Notes under the pieces: model-generated
What the model was told of the DNA's origin: nothing
The model's input: only the letters and a program-made list of their open reading frames with translations
The model's database searches: none
In this document: piece by piece, positions 14,439-25,711 of the stretch
Numbering within the stretch: position 1 is the stretch's first letter
How the letters are laid out: each line of letters begins with the position of its first letter
Assembly (NCBI GenBank): GCA_964016885.1
Contig: CAXHJY010001517.1
Coordinates: 1 to 64,000, forward strand
Source: Eledone cirrhosa
Lineage: Eukaryota
DNA: 64,000 bases
Direction: 5' to 3'
Program-made: the position numbers and the translations under genes

Positions 14439-15388
14439 TATCCAGCCAGAATTCTCTCACCTTTTTCTGTTCAAACCGGCGGCCACTCATACTGATGTCA
14501 AGGTTTTGTTTTCAAAATAAGTAATATCAAAATCTCATAGATTCAATATGATGTGAGGTAAGGCCTTTACCACAAAAATGTAGTAGTATATATAGACTCT
14601 ATATATACTATATATACGCTATATTATAGAGTAATGTAAATGCTAAAGGGTTAAACCCAGAGCACAGTCAGCCAGAACCAAGACATTCAATTTGATGCCC
14701 TAACTACTCTGTCAATTTACCACCTAAAGATATCTAATTACTTTCCCAAATCTAATAAATGTTTTTTTTTAAGTTTCAGCTATGTAAAATAAGAAATTCA
14801 AAAGAAAAAAATATTAATCAAAATCAGATAAAAAAAAAATATGACACAAATTTTCAACATTCCACAAACAAAAAAAGTTAAAACATACAACATTCTCAAA
14901 ATATACACTGAAGCAATAGTGACATGAATGCTTGGTTGATGGTATTAATGGATTCAATTAAACAATTAAAATAGCAATCATAATCACAAACATACAAATT
15001 ATAAAGGTGTATTGCATTAACAAAAACAAATGGAAATAAAAATCAATATGTATCAATTAACATTCATAAATATGCATCATATAATCAACCAAAAAGGAAG
15101 AAATTTTGGCCAGTTATACGTATATAAAAAAAGGATGCAATTAGGGGACACATTTTTGGTATTATATAGTTTAGCTTGTATATAGGTATAGGAATATTTG
15201 TATATTGTAACGGAAATCAATAAATTCAAACATTTGAACCAAAAATATTATATATTTTATACATTTAAAGTATCATTGTGTGGCTGGGTGTAAGTATAAG
15301 TTAAATGATGATGATATTCATATATTATTAAAATAAATATGATTCGTTATAGATAGCTGTTTCACTCTGTATAAACTTTTCAAATGGT

Positions 15389-15419
<31 letters not shown>

Positions 15420-15702
15420 GAATAAATATTTGTTTTATGAGTTTATAAAATAAACACACTAAACATGCACTGAATGAAGGACACATACTGTGTAAAGAGT
15501 CAATATATTATGTTATTCATAGTGATTGCTCACAGTCACTATCAGTACCAAATATCATGTGTCTACATGCTTGCATGCACATATGTATGCTTATAACTGT
15601 GTTATAAGATGTGTGCATTAGGTATATGCAAATATGGAAATATGCCCTCTTACAGCATCATTTGGTTACAAGAGGTGGGCAGAAGTTAAAGAAGTTCAAT
15701 AC

Positions 15703-15849
15703 CTTTTTTCCCATTATCATCAATATTCATGTACTTCAATGGGTCAAAGACATCCGACTCGAATATGTTTTCTTCAGGCGGTGGATTATTATACTTGTCC
15801 AACCAAGCAAATGATGAAGGTAAACCGAATCCAACAACATGTGTTAGTG
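15703..15849 (-). CDS. INPP5B: INPP5B/OCRL-like coding exon 5 (TLTHVVGFGLPSSFAWLDKYNNPPPEENIFESDVFDPLKYMNIDDNGKK)
   Basis: 147 nt, strong acceptor ttttcttccttacag, donor AAG|gtattg, phase 1 to 1. FAWLDKY matches the FxWLxxY end of the INPP5B PH domain. Overlaps provided ORF 15686-15874. Confidence 0.88.
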
Positions 15850-16010
15850 CTGTAAGGAAGAAAAACACAACCAACCAAATAGAAACCTTCCCTGTTAATG
15901 CAAAAATGGTTTAATTAAGGGCTATAGTTTTTTTGTTTTTTTTATTCAGTTAGTTGGTTGGTGCATAGTTTAGTTAGCACGTGTGTGTGTTGTGTGAATG
16001 TATGTGGACA

Positions 16011-16073
<63 letters not shown>

Positions 16074-18165
16074 GCAACAAAAGTTTTCATACTCCAGCAA
16101 CAATATAGAGAAAGCTAACATAAAAGGAATAATAATAATCATAAAATGATTGCAAACAAAAGCAGCAATGAATAAGGCAAAAATAAACTTAGTTTTGACA
16201 TGCCATATAGAAATACCATTTTTGGCAGTGAAAGATCATTATCATTGTTATTTTACATCCTCTTTCCATGCTGGCATTGGTTAAATGGACCTTCACGTTC
16301 TGAGGTAAAAGGGTTGGATACCATGCCTTATTCACATGTTCGATATTTTGCCATGGTTCTACAGTTGGATCCCCTTCTTAATGCTAACCACTTTACAGTG
16401 TGTACTGGGGAGATTTTATTGTGATACCACCGCTAGAGATGGTATGTAGATGGTATCTACTCGACATGACTGAAGAATTCTCTTTACCCTGTATTGTCTC
16501 CGTTTCATCACTTACCAATTTGCATATTTTACTGGGTACATTTTTATCATGGCACCAACACAAGAGAGGTTGTCAGATCTTCAATAAGTCCTAGGTTGAC
16601 AGATCTCCAACATAACTAAACATTTAGTTCACAATATATTTCTTCCAAAGTAATTCTTAATTTCCATTATTTAATTTAACTCCTTCATTACCATATTCCA
16701 TAATGCTTATGATTTTCAAATCCTTTTCAAAACAATCAAGAGTTTGGAGAGATTTCATTATTAATCTGCTGTTTGGAACATTACTTAACAAAGGCACTTA
16801 CATAAAATTATGATGGAAGGTTTGTAGATAAATAGAAATACTTTAAAATAAACAACAATATCATAAAACCAAGGGCAGTTTTGGGTGATTTGGTATCAAA
16901 AGAGCTAAAAAACATGATTTAAGGCAAACAGACAAAATGTCTGATTCCAATAGTAAATGTCTGGCAAAAAAAAACAAACCCATACAAGGAAGAATTTAGC
17001 ATCATTTCTCCAAATTTGGCTTTGAGTTAGTCTTATCTTTCTGTAACATATTAATATCTGATGTTACTGTTGTTTAGCTCCAAGTCAGCCCTGACCAAGA
17101 AGCCTTGTGACCATAGAAAGGGGGAGGTAACATGCCATGCTTTCATCCATCAAAATACTATTTCTCTAGTATTGACTTTTTGCTCATGCATTCCAGTTAC
17201 TGCTTTATTTCAAACAAAATTTTAACATCACAAAATTCACCCTAAAATCCTCATATCTCCACTTCAAGAACCTCTAAATTGGGATTATGAATAAAAATTT
17301 TATTTCGAGAAAAAATTAAAAACCTTTGTCAAATTAGCTTTCATAGCTTTGCGGCATTACTATGAAGACAGAAAAATAGGAATATGGATAGTTAGACAAA
17401 TGGTGTGGCGACATGCAATATTTAGTGTCCCAATACAAATGACAATAATAATAATAGAGAAAATGAGAAAAAGAGATGGAAAAAACATTGGTTCTTTACG
17501 TTGGGATGCAGATATTTTAAATTTCAAATTTTCCCAATGCTTATTAAGTTAACTGCATTGTTTATACAATTTTGAATTTGACTATTGCAATGGTCAACTT
17601 TTTTTCATCCCTTCAATGTTAATGCAATAAATATTAATCATACACTAAAGTTAAAAAAAAAAATTAAGAGCAATAGTTTATTGATGATATAGGCATGGCT
17701 GGCTCCCGGGTATTCAACGACATAGCACAGCCCTACAAAGTGTCCCCTTCTCCAATCTGTATCTACTTCCCCCAACCATCATCCTTTTTACACCAGCTGA
17801 TATATTTTACCTTGCAATCAAGAAATCTATGGTTTTATGATCATGCATAGCATTGAGGAAATGTTATCTGGCAAAAGTTGAAATATTTCATGCCAGATCA
17901 TGTAAAAGGTCATAATACCACATTACCCTTCTTGTCTACCCTGACCACACTGCCACACTTTTGCAACTCATCCTCCTCTGTTTCAAGATTGACCCCATTT
18001 ACTCTTTTTCTTACTAAGTTTTCATGTTTGTAGCTGTATGAAGAAATTTTGTCTAAGTGTATCAGAATTTTTGTAGAGGCCTCAAATTTTGGTGTCCTAG
18101 GTGATCACCTAGTTTACTGAGGATGTAGTGCTGGCCTTGCAGATAGGCAATAGCTTACTGAATCA

Positions 18166-19326
18166 GCATCATCATCACCGTTTTACGTCCGTTCTTCCAC
18201 GCTAGCATGGGTTAGACGGGTTGTCCTGTTGTGGGCAGTGTCTGGTCGGCTGACCATGCCTTGCTCATACAGGAACTGATTTGGCTTGATTTCTACAGCT
18301 GGATGCCCTTCCTAACACCAACCTCATTTACAGTGAGTGCTGGGTGCTTTTTTGTGGCGCCTACACATCCACTTTACAGTGTGGGCTGGGTGCTTTGTTG
18401 CCGTGGCACCTCCACGACCACCTTGCAGTGGGGGGTGTGGGGGCATATTGTCTATATGCTTCAGCTTGTACCCATGGGAGGTCGGGTACTCTGTATTACT
18501 GCGTGATGCCAGAGGTCACGGTCGTGTGTCATTGCCTTTGAGAGGTGTAATTGGGTAAGGTCGGCTTTTATCACCTCATCCCAGGTCTTCTTGGGTCTCC
18601 CCACTCCACGGTTTCCATCGACTTCTAGTGCTCTGCACCTTTTTATGCAGCTGTCATCCTTCATACGCATCACATGTCCATACCAGTGCAACCGCCTCTC
18701 CTGCACACAGCATTTGATTCCTCTTATGCTCAGTCTCTCTCTCTCAATTCATTTATGCTTTGTCGTTCACGTATATTACTGTTACACATCCATCGGAGCA
18801 TGCAGGCTTCGTTTCTCTCTAATCTACGTAAGTCTTCCACCTTCAGCGCTCAGGTCTCACTACCATGCAACATCGCTGTTCGGATACACACATCATACAG
18901 TCTGCCTTTCATTCTGAGGGAGAAGCCTTTTGCAGCTAGCAGTGGTAGTAGTTCCCTAAACTTCTTCCATCCCGTTCTTACCCTAGTTATTGTACTTTCT
19001 GAACACCCACCTCTGCTGCTAATTCGGTCACCTAGGTAGCAGAAGCTGTCTACTGTTTCTACAGAGCCCTCCCAGAGATTGGTGGTAATTGTTTCCTGTG
19101 GCTGTTTGCTGCTTGCTGTCCCAGCACAGCTGCTGCATGTGAAGCCTACATTCTTAATTAAGCTTCCTGAGATCCCGCTACATCTCATGTGTACCCATTG
19201 TTTGCATTTGGGGCAGAGAATGGAGTTCCTACCTACACCTTTCCTACATACTGAGCGAGGCCATTTCCCTGAGGGGATCTGGGTTCTGTTTTCTTGTCTA
19301 CTAACAAGGACCTTAGTCTTTGTCAT
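18166..19326 (-). mobile_element. 5'-truncated RTE-clade LINE (RT C-terminal part with PHD-like insert, 3' UTR, (GAT)n tail)
   Basis: ORFs 18850-19326 (KTKVL...FCYLGD...MLHGSET) and 18461-18706 (RRLHWYGHVMR...GRPKKTW), with stops/frameshifts. Homologous to 25712-27272. Confidence 0.92.
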
Positions 19327-19946
19327 ATGCCAAAATAATAGACAATAATTTTACTATTTTACTATTTAGTTGCTATATAGTTTGGCCCTGTTTTATATCA
19401 TATTTGGCATGTAGAAAAACTATTCCTGTAATGCTGGAAACAATAAACTTATCTTAACTCTCTACCACATGAAACTACATTAGCAACACATTCTTAGAAA
19501 ATACAAAACAGCACTATGACTGCATCATATGAAAAATTAGTCTTTACTTTAGTTGACTGCAAATATTTCCAATGATCTGTCCACTAGTAGAAATTCTGTA
19601 AACATTTGAATTATCAAACCATTTTTAGATATTTTTCTACTAAATTATTACAGGATGTTAAGAGTTAATCCTTTTGATACACACTGGCCTGAAATTGCCT
19701 AGGTTTTATGATACTGCCCATTTTAAAGTGGTCATATTTACATTAAAAGCTTCCATCATAATTTTTTAAAAGATTTTTTTTTGTTAAATGAGTGTTCAGA
19801 TAGCAGCTTACTAATGAAAATAGTTATTTCATTAAATTTCTTCAAAATTTTTATTATTTTTGAAATTATTTGAAATACTGAAATATAGTAACAAAAACGT
19901 TAATGTAAAGTTGAAGTAAAATAGAGATAAAGCAAGTTGTACTTAC

Positions 19947-20054
19947 TGTCCTTTGCCTGTTTCAATTCTTTACAGAGTGCAACAGTTTGACTTGCTGATA
20001 AATCAAAACGTAATCTCTTTTGGTTGTTTGATATTTCAACAGCTATCTCTGATT
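19947..20054 (-). CDS. INPP5B: INPP5B/OCRL-like coding exon 4 (ESEIAVEISNNQKRLRFDLSASQTVALCKELKQAKD), PH domain last strand and helix
   Basis: 108 nt, acceptor ttctgcttctacag, donor gtaagt, phase 1 to 1, open frame. Confidence 0.9.
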
Positions 20055-20165
20055 CTGTAGAAGCAGAAATTTCCATTTAAAAGAAAACATTTACAAATAT
20101 ACTGATACATATAGGACAGCTTTGACACGCATTGTTATGCTGAATCACCCTGAGAACTACATTAA

Positions 20166-20328
20166 CCCTTTAGCATTTAAACTGGCTATATCCGACCAGA
20201 ATTATCTCACCTTTTTCTGTTCAAACCGGCTGCTCATAGATTCAATATTATGTGAGATAATTGTGTGAAGTAAAGCCGGTACTTTGAAAATATAATAGTA
20301 AATATAGAGTATTGTAAATGCTAAAGGG
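20166..20328. mobile_element. piggyBac-type MITE family 1 (internally deleted), inserted at a TTAA of an older SINE tail
   Basis: TTAA-flanked CCCTTTAGCATTT TIRs. Confidence 0.85.
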
Positions 20329-20522
20329 TTAAGGGTATACATGTTTGTGAAATGCTTAGCCACTTGCATGTTAATTTCACAAGCAGGCTGTTCTGTTGAT
20401 CAAATTCACTGGAACAGTTGTTTGGAAGTGACAGAGGTCCAGCATTATGCAGTCACACATAGCAGCAGATAAGATTTAATCAACAATAGCATTATACCTA
20501 TAACTCAGTATCCTTTAGTAAA

Positions 20523-20578
20523 GTAAGCACTGCTGATGATGGATGAAATCCTGAAAAATATGTATACAGTGTGTTTAC
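20523..20578 (+). ncRNA. Compact, slightly decayed type-I hammerhead-like motif
   Basis: Stem I GCACTG/CAGTGT (plus GTAA/TTAC); CTGATGA at 20533-20539; stem II GGAT-GAA-ATCC; GAAA at 20553-20556; near-palindromic stem III; AUA triplet. The closing pair of stem II is a T.T mismatch. Confidence 0.55.
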
Positions 20579-21104
20579 ATGGGTACTGAGGTAGCTGTGA
20601 TATAATTACAGCTTAAAATATACAGCAGACTATATGTCTGTTAATTATACATAAACATATTGCATATGAGTCAATTTATACCTTTAACCCTTTAGTATTT
20701 ACATTATTCTATATTTACTATTGTATTTTTACAGTAAAGGCTTTATCTTACATAATTATCTCACACTGGCAGAAAAACCACGCTTCAGGTCGTTTTTCTG
20801 CTAGCATGTGTAGTGTGCATATTGATATTATACGCAAATATATATGCATGGAGATATATGTCAAATAAAATCGTAATTGACAATATCCACAGAAATTGAA
20901 CGAAGTCTGTGTTACACCCTCTTCTGTAATCAGTAAAGTAATCCATGATACATTTAAAAAAGACGATATTATATATAAACTGCATTAGGAGAAAATTAGC
21001 GACGGAAATATATGCAATGTTTTTATAAGTGTTATAATATAACAGGCGCTAACCAGAAGTGTTAACATTTGAAAATTTTAAAGAAGTGAATTTTTAAATC
21101 ATAA

Positions 21105-21875
21105 TCTATAAAGCTCAGTGTATGGTCACGTTTCTTTGTTATAGAAATCTACGATATAGAATTTCTTCAATTGGGTCATGGCACATATATATTTTTCAAT
21201 TTCACCCACAATTACGCAAAAAATCGATAAAACTCAATATTTTACGATTTTCCTCTTCCCATTACCATTCAAAATCTATACAATTTCATACTTTCTGCTA
21301 CTTTCTCTTTCCAAGCTGAAACAACACGTAAAATGAAACTAAATTATTCTTTTCATTTTACATTGTTCATGTTGATGGTGATGGTGATACTGTCCATTTT
21401 ACTCTCTCATATCATCTGCTCTCCTCTATCTACAACCCACGCATTTTGCTACTTTCTCTTTTATACTAAATTTGGTTTATTCACCGTTAGCAGCTACGCG
21501 CATCTTTTAAAAATGTGAGTTACAATGTTTTTCAATCGTTCCTTGGTCTAACTTTTAGTTGCTTCAAACTTACTGATTTATTTCCAAACGCATACAAACA
21601 CACACTCACTTCAAATGATAAAAAAACATTTAAAGCAATTAAACAACGTGCGTGATTTATAACCACACTAACTTTTAGTTGCTTCAAACTTACTGATTTA
21701 TTTACAAACACATACAAACACACACTCACATAAATTGATTTAAAAAAATTTAAAGCAATTAAACAACGTGCAGGATTTATAACCACAAATACACACTTCA
21801 TTAAAAAATAAACTAATAATTTCGACAATTCTTTTCTTTAAATCGTAAAATTAAAGTCTTCAAATTTATTATTAT

Positions 21876-21911
<36 letters not shown>

Positions 21912-22050
21912 GTATACAGATATTTTTGCATACACAGTAACAACATATAAACAAACGCATTTATTTGACAAGGCTCGATAAGGATAAATATATATCAAAT
22001 ATATAAGAACCCTAGAGCAAATCCCGAGCAACGCCGGGCCATTCTGCTAG
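21105..22050 (+). mobile_element. Non-autonomous Helitron (inner)
   Basis: 5' A|TCTATA (start approximate); 3' hairpin CCCGAGCAACGCCGGG followed by CTAG|T. Confidence 0.75.
21548..21787. repeat. 120-bp tandem duplication inside the inner Helitron
   Basis: CTAACTTTTAGTTGCTTCAAACTTACTG... at 21548 and 21668. Confidence 0.9.
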
Positions 22051-22754
22051 TAAGCAATAAAAATATTTATATTTAATCAAGAGTTACGAAATTTAGTACA
22101 TAAATTATGTAATATTCATTCATCATTTATTCAAAGTAATCCAACCTATTTTACAAACGTGACAAAAAAATATATTCTGGACGCAGTCCCGCACTCCTTT
22201 CTTTATTATAGTTAAGATAGTATCGAATCTACAAGATTTTGATATTATTTATTTTGAGAACAATACCTTACCATCAGTATGAGTGGCCAGTTACAGCCAG
22301 TTTGAACAGAAAGAGGTGAGAGAATTTTGACCGGATATGACCAGTTTAAATGCTAAAGGGTTAAGACTTAGTATTATTACACAGACAAGTAATCTTGAAG
22401 TTTAGCATGTGGCATTTGAGATGTTTGGAGGACTGCTGACAATGAGTTTCTTGTTATTGTTGGTGACTCGCCTTACTGATGTATCAAGCAATGCCAGTGG
22501 TTATTCCAGCATCTTAACCTTACTATCACTCATCGCAATACTTGCGAGGGTGTTGACTTGCTTCAACAATTATTAGAAGGAAACTCCAGCATCCCTCGTG
22601 GCATGCGATTGATTCTGCATGTCTTATCCAGTTTTTTTTATATAAATTTTTTATATGAATTGTGTATATCTCTAGTTAATGGCGTTGAAAACAGAGTAAA
22701 TAGAATACATACTTTATAAATTCTTTTTATTTTATTTGTTCATAACAATCTTAC

Positions 22755-22855
22755 CTTGCTTGTAAGAGAATTCCTTGTCGATTGGTATGGTTTCCATAAC
22801 ACTTAGCTGGCTTATCTCACTACATGGTACTTGAGTGGTAGAAAATATTAATACA
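22755..22855 (-). CDS. INPP5B: INPP5B/OCRL-like coding exon 3 (VLIFSTTQVPCSEISQLSVMETIPIDKEFSYKQ), PH domain
   Basis: 101 nt, acceptor ttattttttag, donor gtaaga, phase 2 to 1. AVLIF and IPIDKEF resemble INPP5B ALFLY and VPVSRDF. Confidence 0.9.
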
Positions 22856-23219
22856 CTAAAAAATAAAAGTGAAAAGTTCACCTTTAAAAATAGTATATTT
22901 TCAGTGGATTGGCCAAGTTGACATCAGCATTATTTGAAATCAAAACATAAAGTCTAAAATCTGTCTTAAGCCAGAAGGCTCATTAGGCTGGTGCTTAACC
23001 TGGTTTCATGGCGTGAAGCGACTGAGAGTACAAGACTCCTCCCCTGGACAGGGCACCAGTCCATCGAAGAGTGTAGTTAACCCTTAAGGTGTGAGGTGCG
23101 GCCAATTATCACAATTGGTGGTGAATTCCTCCATCCCCACCCTATTTTTTTCTTTCCTTTATCATTATTGTTCAATGAATTATGTTGTTATATTTTTATA
23201 CATGGTTTATACATTATAT

Positions 23220-23460
23220 TTGTAATGTCCTTCTGAACAAATTGCGAGCAATTTATAATGTTATTTACACAACTGTAATGTTGCTTATGTATATATTTAA
23301 AACATATTTGCACTGTTATTCTACTCTAACTTGACACAGTTTAGACATATTTGTAATCAATTTGCAAGCAATTCATAATGTTATTCATGCATTTGTAATG
23401 TTATTTATGTATAAATTTAAAACATATTTGCAATGTACTGTAAATTTATACAATTGTAAA
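23220..23460. repeat. Diverged ~120-bp tandem duplication
   Basis: AATTGCGAGCAATTTATAATGTTATTT...TTTAAAACATATTTGCA occurs twice. Confidence 0.65.
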
Positions 23461-24489
23461 TAAAAATATTCAGTCGAAAAAAAAAAGAAAGAAAAGAGAT
23501 AAACTAAATATGAGACAATAAAATAAAATTAAAAAAATCCATCAGCACATCTGTTCCCTTATTTGTACAATTTTTTTAATAGCAAAAAAAATGAATAATG
23601 TGAATGGAGATATAGAAAGTTGTATTTCTATGAAAAGGAAAATTTACTGTCTGGGTTTACAGTCAGGTTTTTCTAAGAATTTTCTTGCCACAATCAAAGC
23701 ATTAATTTCACAACTCAGCTATTGTTGTTGTTGTTGTTGTTTAGCCCCAGATCAGGTCTGATAGTTTATATCTGTGACTAAAGGTATTCCAGCTGTGATC
23801 ATCCCATGTATATATTTTTTTTAGGACAGTGTATTTAGGACAACATTATCTAATGTGCCCTCTTTTTAAGAGAGAAATTCGGATGATATTTCTAGCAACT
23901 TAAGCGACTATGTAGAGGTTCCTTTGTAATATGGTATTTCTATGAAATGCTGCTATCATTCTAAATTGAGTATTTGAAACTTCAAGAAATTAGAAACCTA
24001 CTTGAATTCATTCTTTCTGAGTATATAGAAAACCAAGCAATCAACAAGAGAGAAAAACACTAATTATACAGCTTGCATTATAAGTTACCAGTAAACAGTA
24101 ATTTACTGAAATCATCAATATACCTCCCCTCCCTCTCTTACAGACACAAACATCTATTCATGTGATTGACACAGTCAACTATGGCAGACATTGGTAAATA
24201 CCTGTTAACTAATACACACATTATGTACACATACAATCATACAGTTTTCTCAATTAGAGCAAGTAGCAATCTACTCTAATTGAGAAGACAGAATCTACAA
24301 CAACCCCAACACCAACACACAATGGTTTCCGAGATAATCTTCACTATAGGGATTTTCAAACATTCTCGTTAACCCTTTTGCTACCACATTTCTAATGAGA
24401 CGCACTGCCTAAGATTTTCAAATAATTTGGAAAATAATCAAGAATTTGAAAGGATATAATAAGGGAAGTAATATAATAAAAAGGACTCT

Positions 24490-24700
24490 TCCTAAATGTC
24501 AACAAAACCAAACATGATCATCAACTCAGATCAAGCAACAAACATCAAATCATTAAGCAATATTGTTCTCGAAAAAGTAGACGGTTTCAAATACCTTAGT
24601 GTATATACCAACTCATCAAATGTTATAAACAACAGGATAGCACAAGCATGGTTTGCTGTGAACTTGTTAGAGTGAAAATCCAACATAACCACAAATCAAG
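24490..24700 (+). mobile_element. Degenerate LINE RT fragment
   Basis: NVNKTK...LEKVDGFKYL-like remnants. Confidence 0.5.
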
Positions 24701-25242
24701 CATGTAAACCAAATTGACTTTATGCTCATCAGAAAATGGGATAGATAGACAGATGGCTATGAACACAGATATTTCCTTCAGAAGAATGTACCACCCAACA
24801 CCCAGTAGCTAAAAGAGAAAATCCATCTATGGAAAAATCTGTAACATATTTTAAAAACAAAAACAAAAAAAAAAACGGTTTATATCAGGAAGGGCATCCA
24901 ATCCAAGAATATTGCCTAAAACAGTCTTGTTTAACTAATGCCAACATGGAAATGTGAACATAAAAATGATGATGAAGTGCTTCCAAGTAAATGGCTTCTA
25001 TTGGAAGCAAGATTAGTTTTGCTTGAAAGAATAAATATATTAATTGAACAAAAATATTCTAATCAATAACCAGTGCTACGATCTTTTATTGATTACACAC
25101 ACTCAGGAATGACTATAGCAACCAGCAAACTACTAGACAACAACGCATTATTTACAGAGAACAAGTGAAGTAGATCTAAAGAAACAGACAGTTACAATAA
25201 TAACTTCTACTGCTAATGGCCTAACTTCTGAATTTACTTGTT

Positions 25243-25468
25243 GGCTTTGTTGTTTAACTTCAGTTCAGTTCCTCTTTGACAGATCTGTTGGTATTGTTGT
25301 TTAGCCACAGTTCAACAGATCTGTTGGTATAGTTGCTTAAACTCAGTTCAGCAGATCTGTTGGTATAGTTGTTTAGTCCCAGTCCAGCAGATCTGTTAGT
25401 ATAATTGTTTAACCTCAGTTTAGCAGACCTGTTGGTATTGTTATTTAACCTCAGTTCAACAGACCTAT
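25243..25468. repeat. ~35-bp minisatellite (CAGATCTGTTGGTATAGTTGTTTAACCTCAGTTCAG), 5-6 copies
   Basis: Direct inspection. Confidence 0.85.
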
Positions 25469-25711
25469 GACTATCTCATCTTTTTTTTCAAAGTGTATCT
25501 ATGACCATATTATTATCCAATATGTATCTTTACTATTTTCTAAGATATCAGAGATTTGAGAACAATTTAGCTGCTATTTCTAACACATTGAGTACATGTA
25601 TAGGGGTTTCTTTTTAGCTTGCCTGGATCTAGTTAATTTCTTTAGTATCATAATTTCACAAGAATGGATTTTAAGTTATAAAGAACATAATTAAGTTATA
25701 ATATATTTAAC

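Larger units (their letters stand above)
13781..14650. mobile_element. piggyBac-type MITE family 1, interrupted by a SINE
   Basis: TTAA|CCCTTTAGCATTT...AAATGCTAAAGGG|TTAA. The halves match intact copies at 20166, 40351 and 50930. Confidence 0.85.
20766..22217 (-). mobile_element. Non-autonomous Helitron-like element (outer)
   Basis: Inserted between A and T with no TSD. On the minus strand it starts TCTTAACTATAATAAAG and ends CCAG (CTAG variant) with a terminal hairpin. Confidence 0.7.
20688..22360. mobile_element. piggyBac-type MITE family 1 split by nested Helitron-like insertions
   Basis: Left half 20688-20765 and right half 22218-22360 rejoin into the family consensus. TTAA on both sides. 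Confidence 0.85.

Noticed and set aside
20498-20550. Minus-strand exon-like segment in intron 3, and a plus-strand GTATCCTTT at 20508-20516
   Set aside because: The 53-nt segment ends in an in-frame stop and overlaps the hammerhead-like motif. The U12-like 9-mer is on the wrong strand with no upstream exon.
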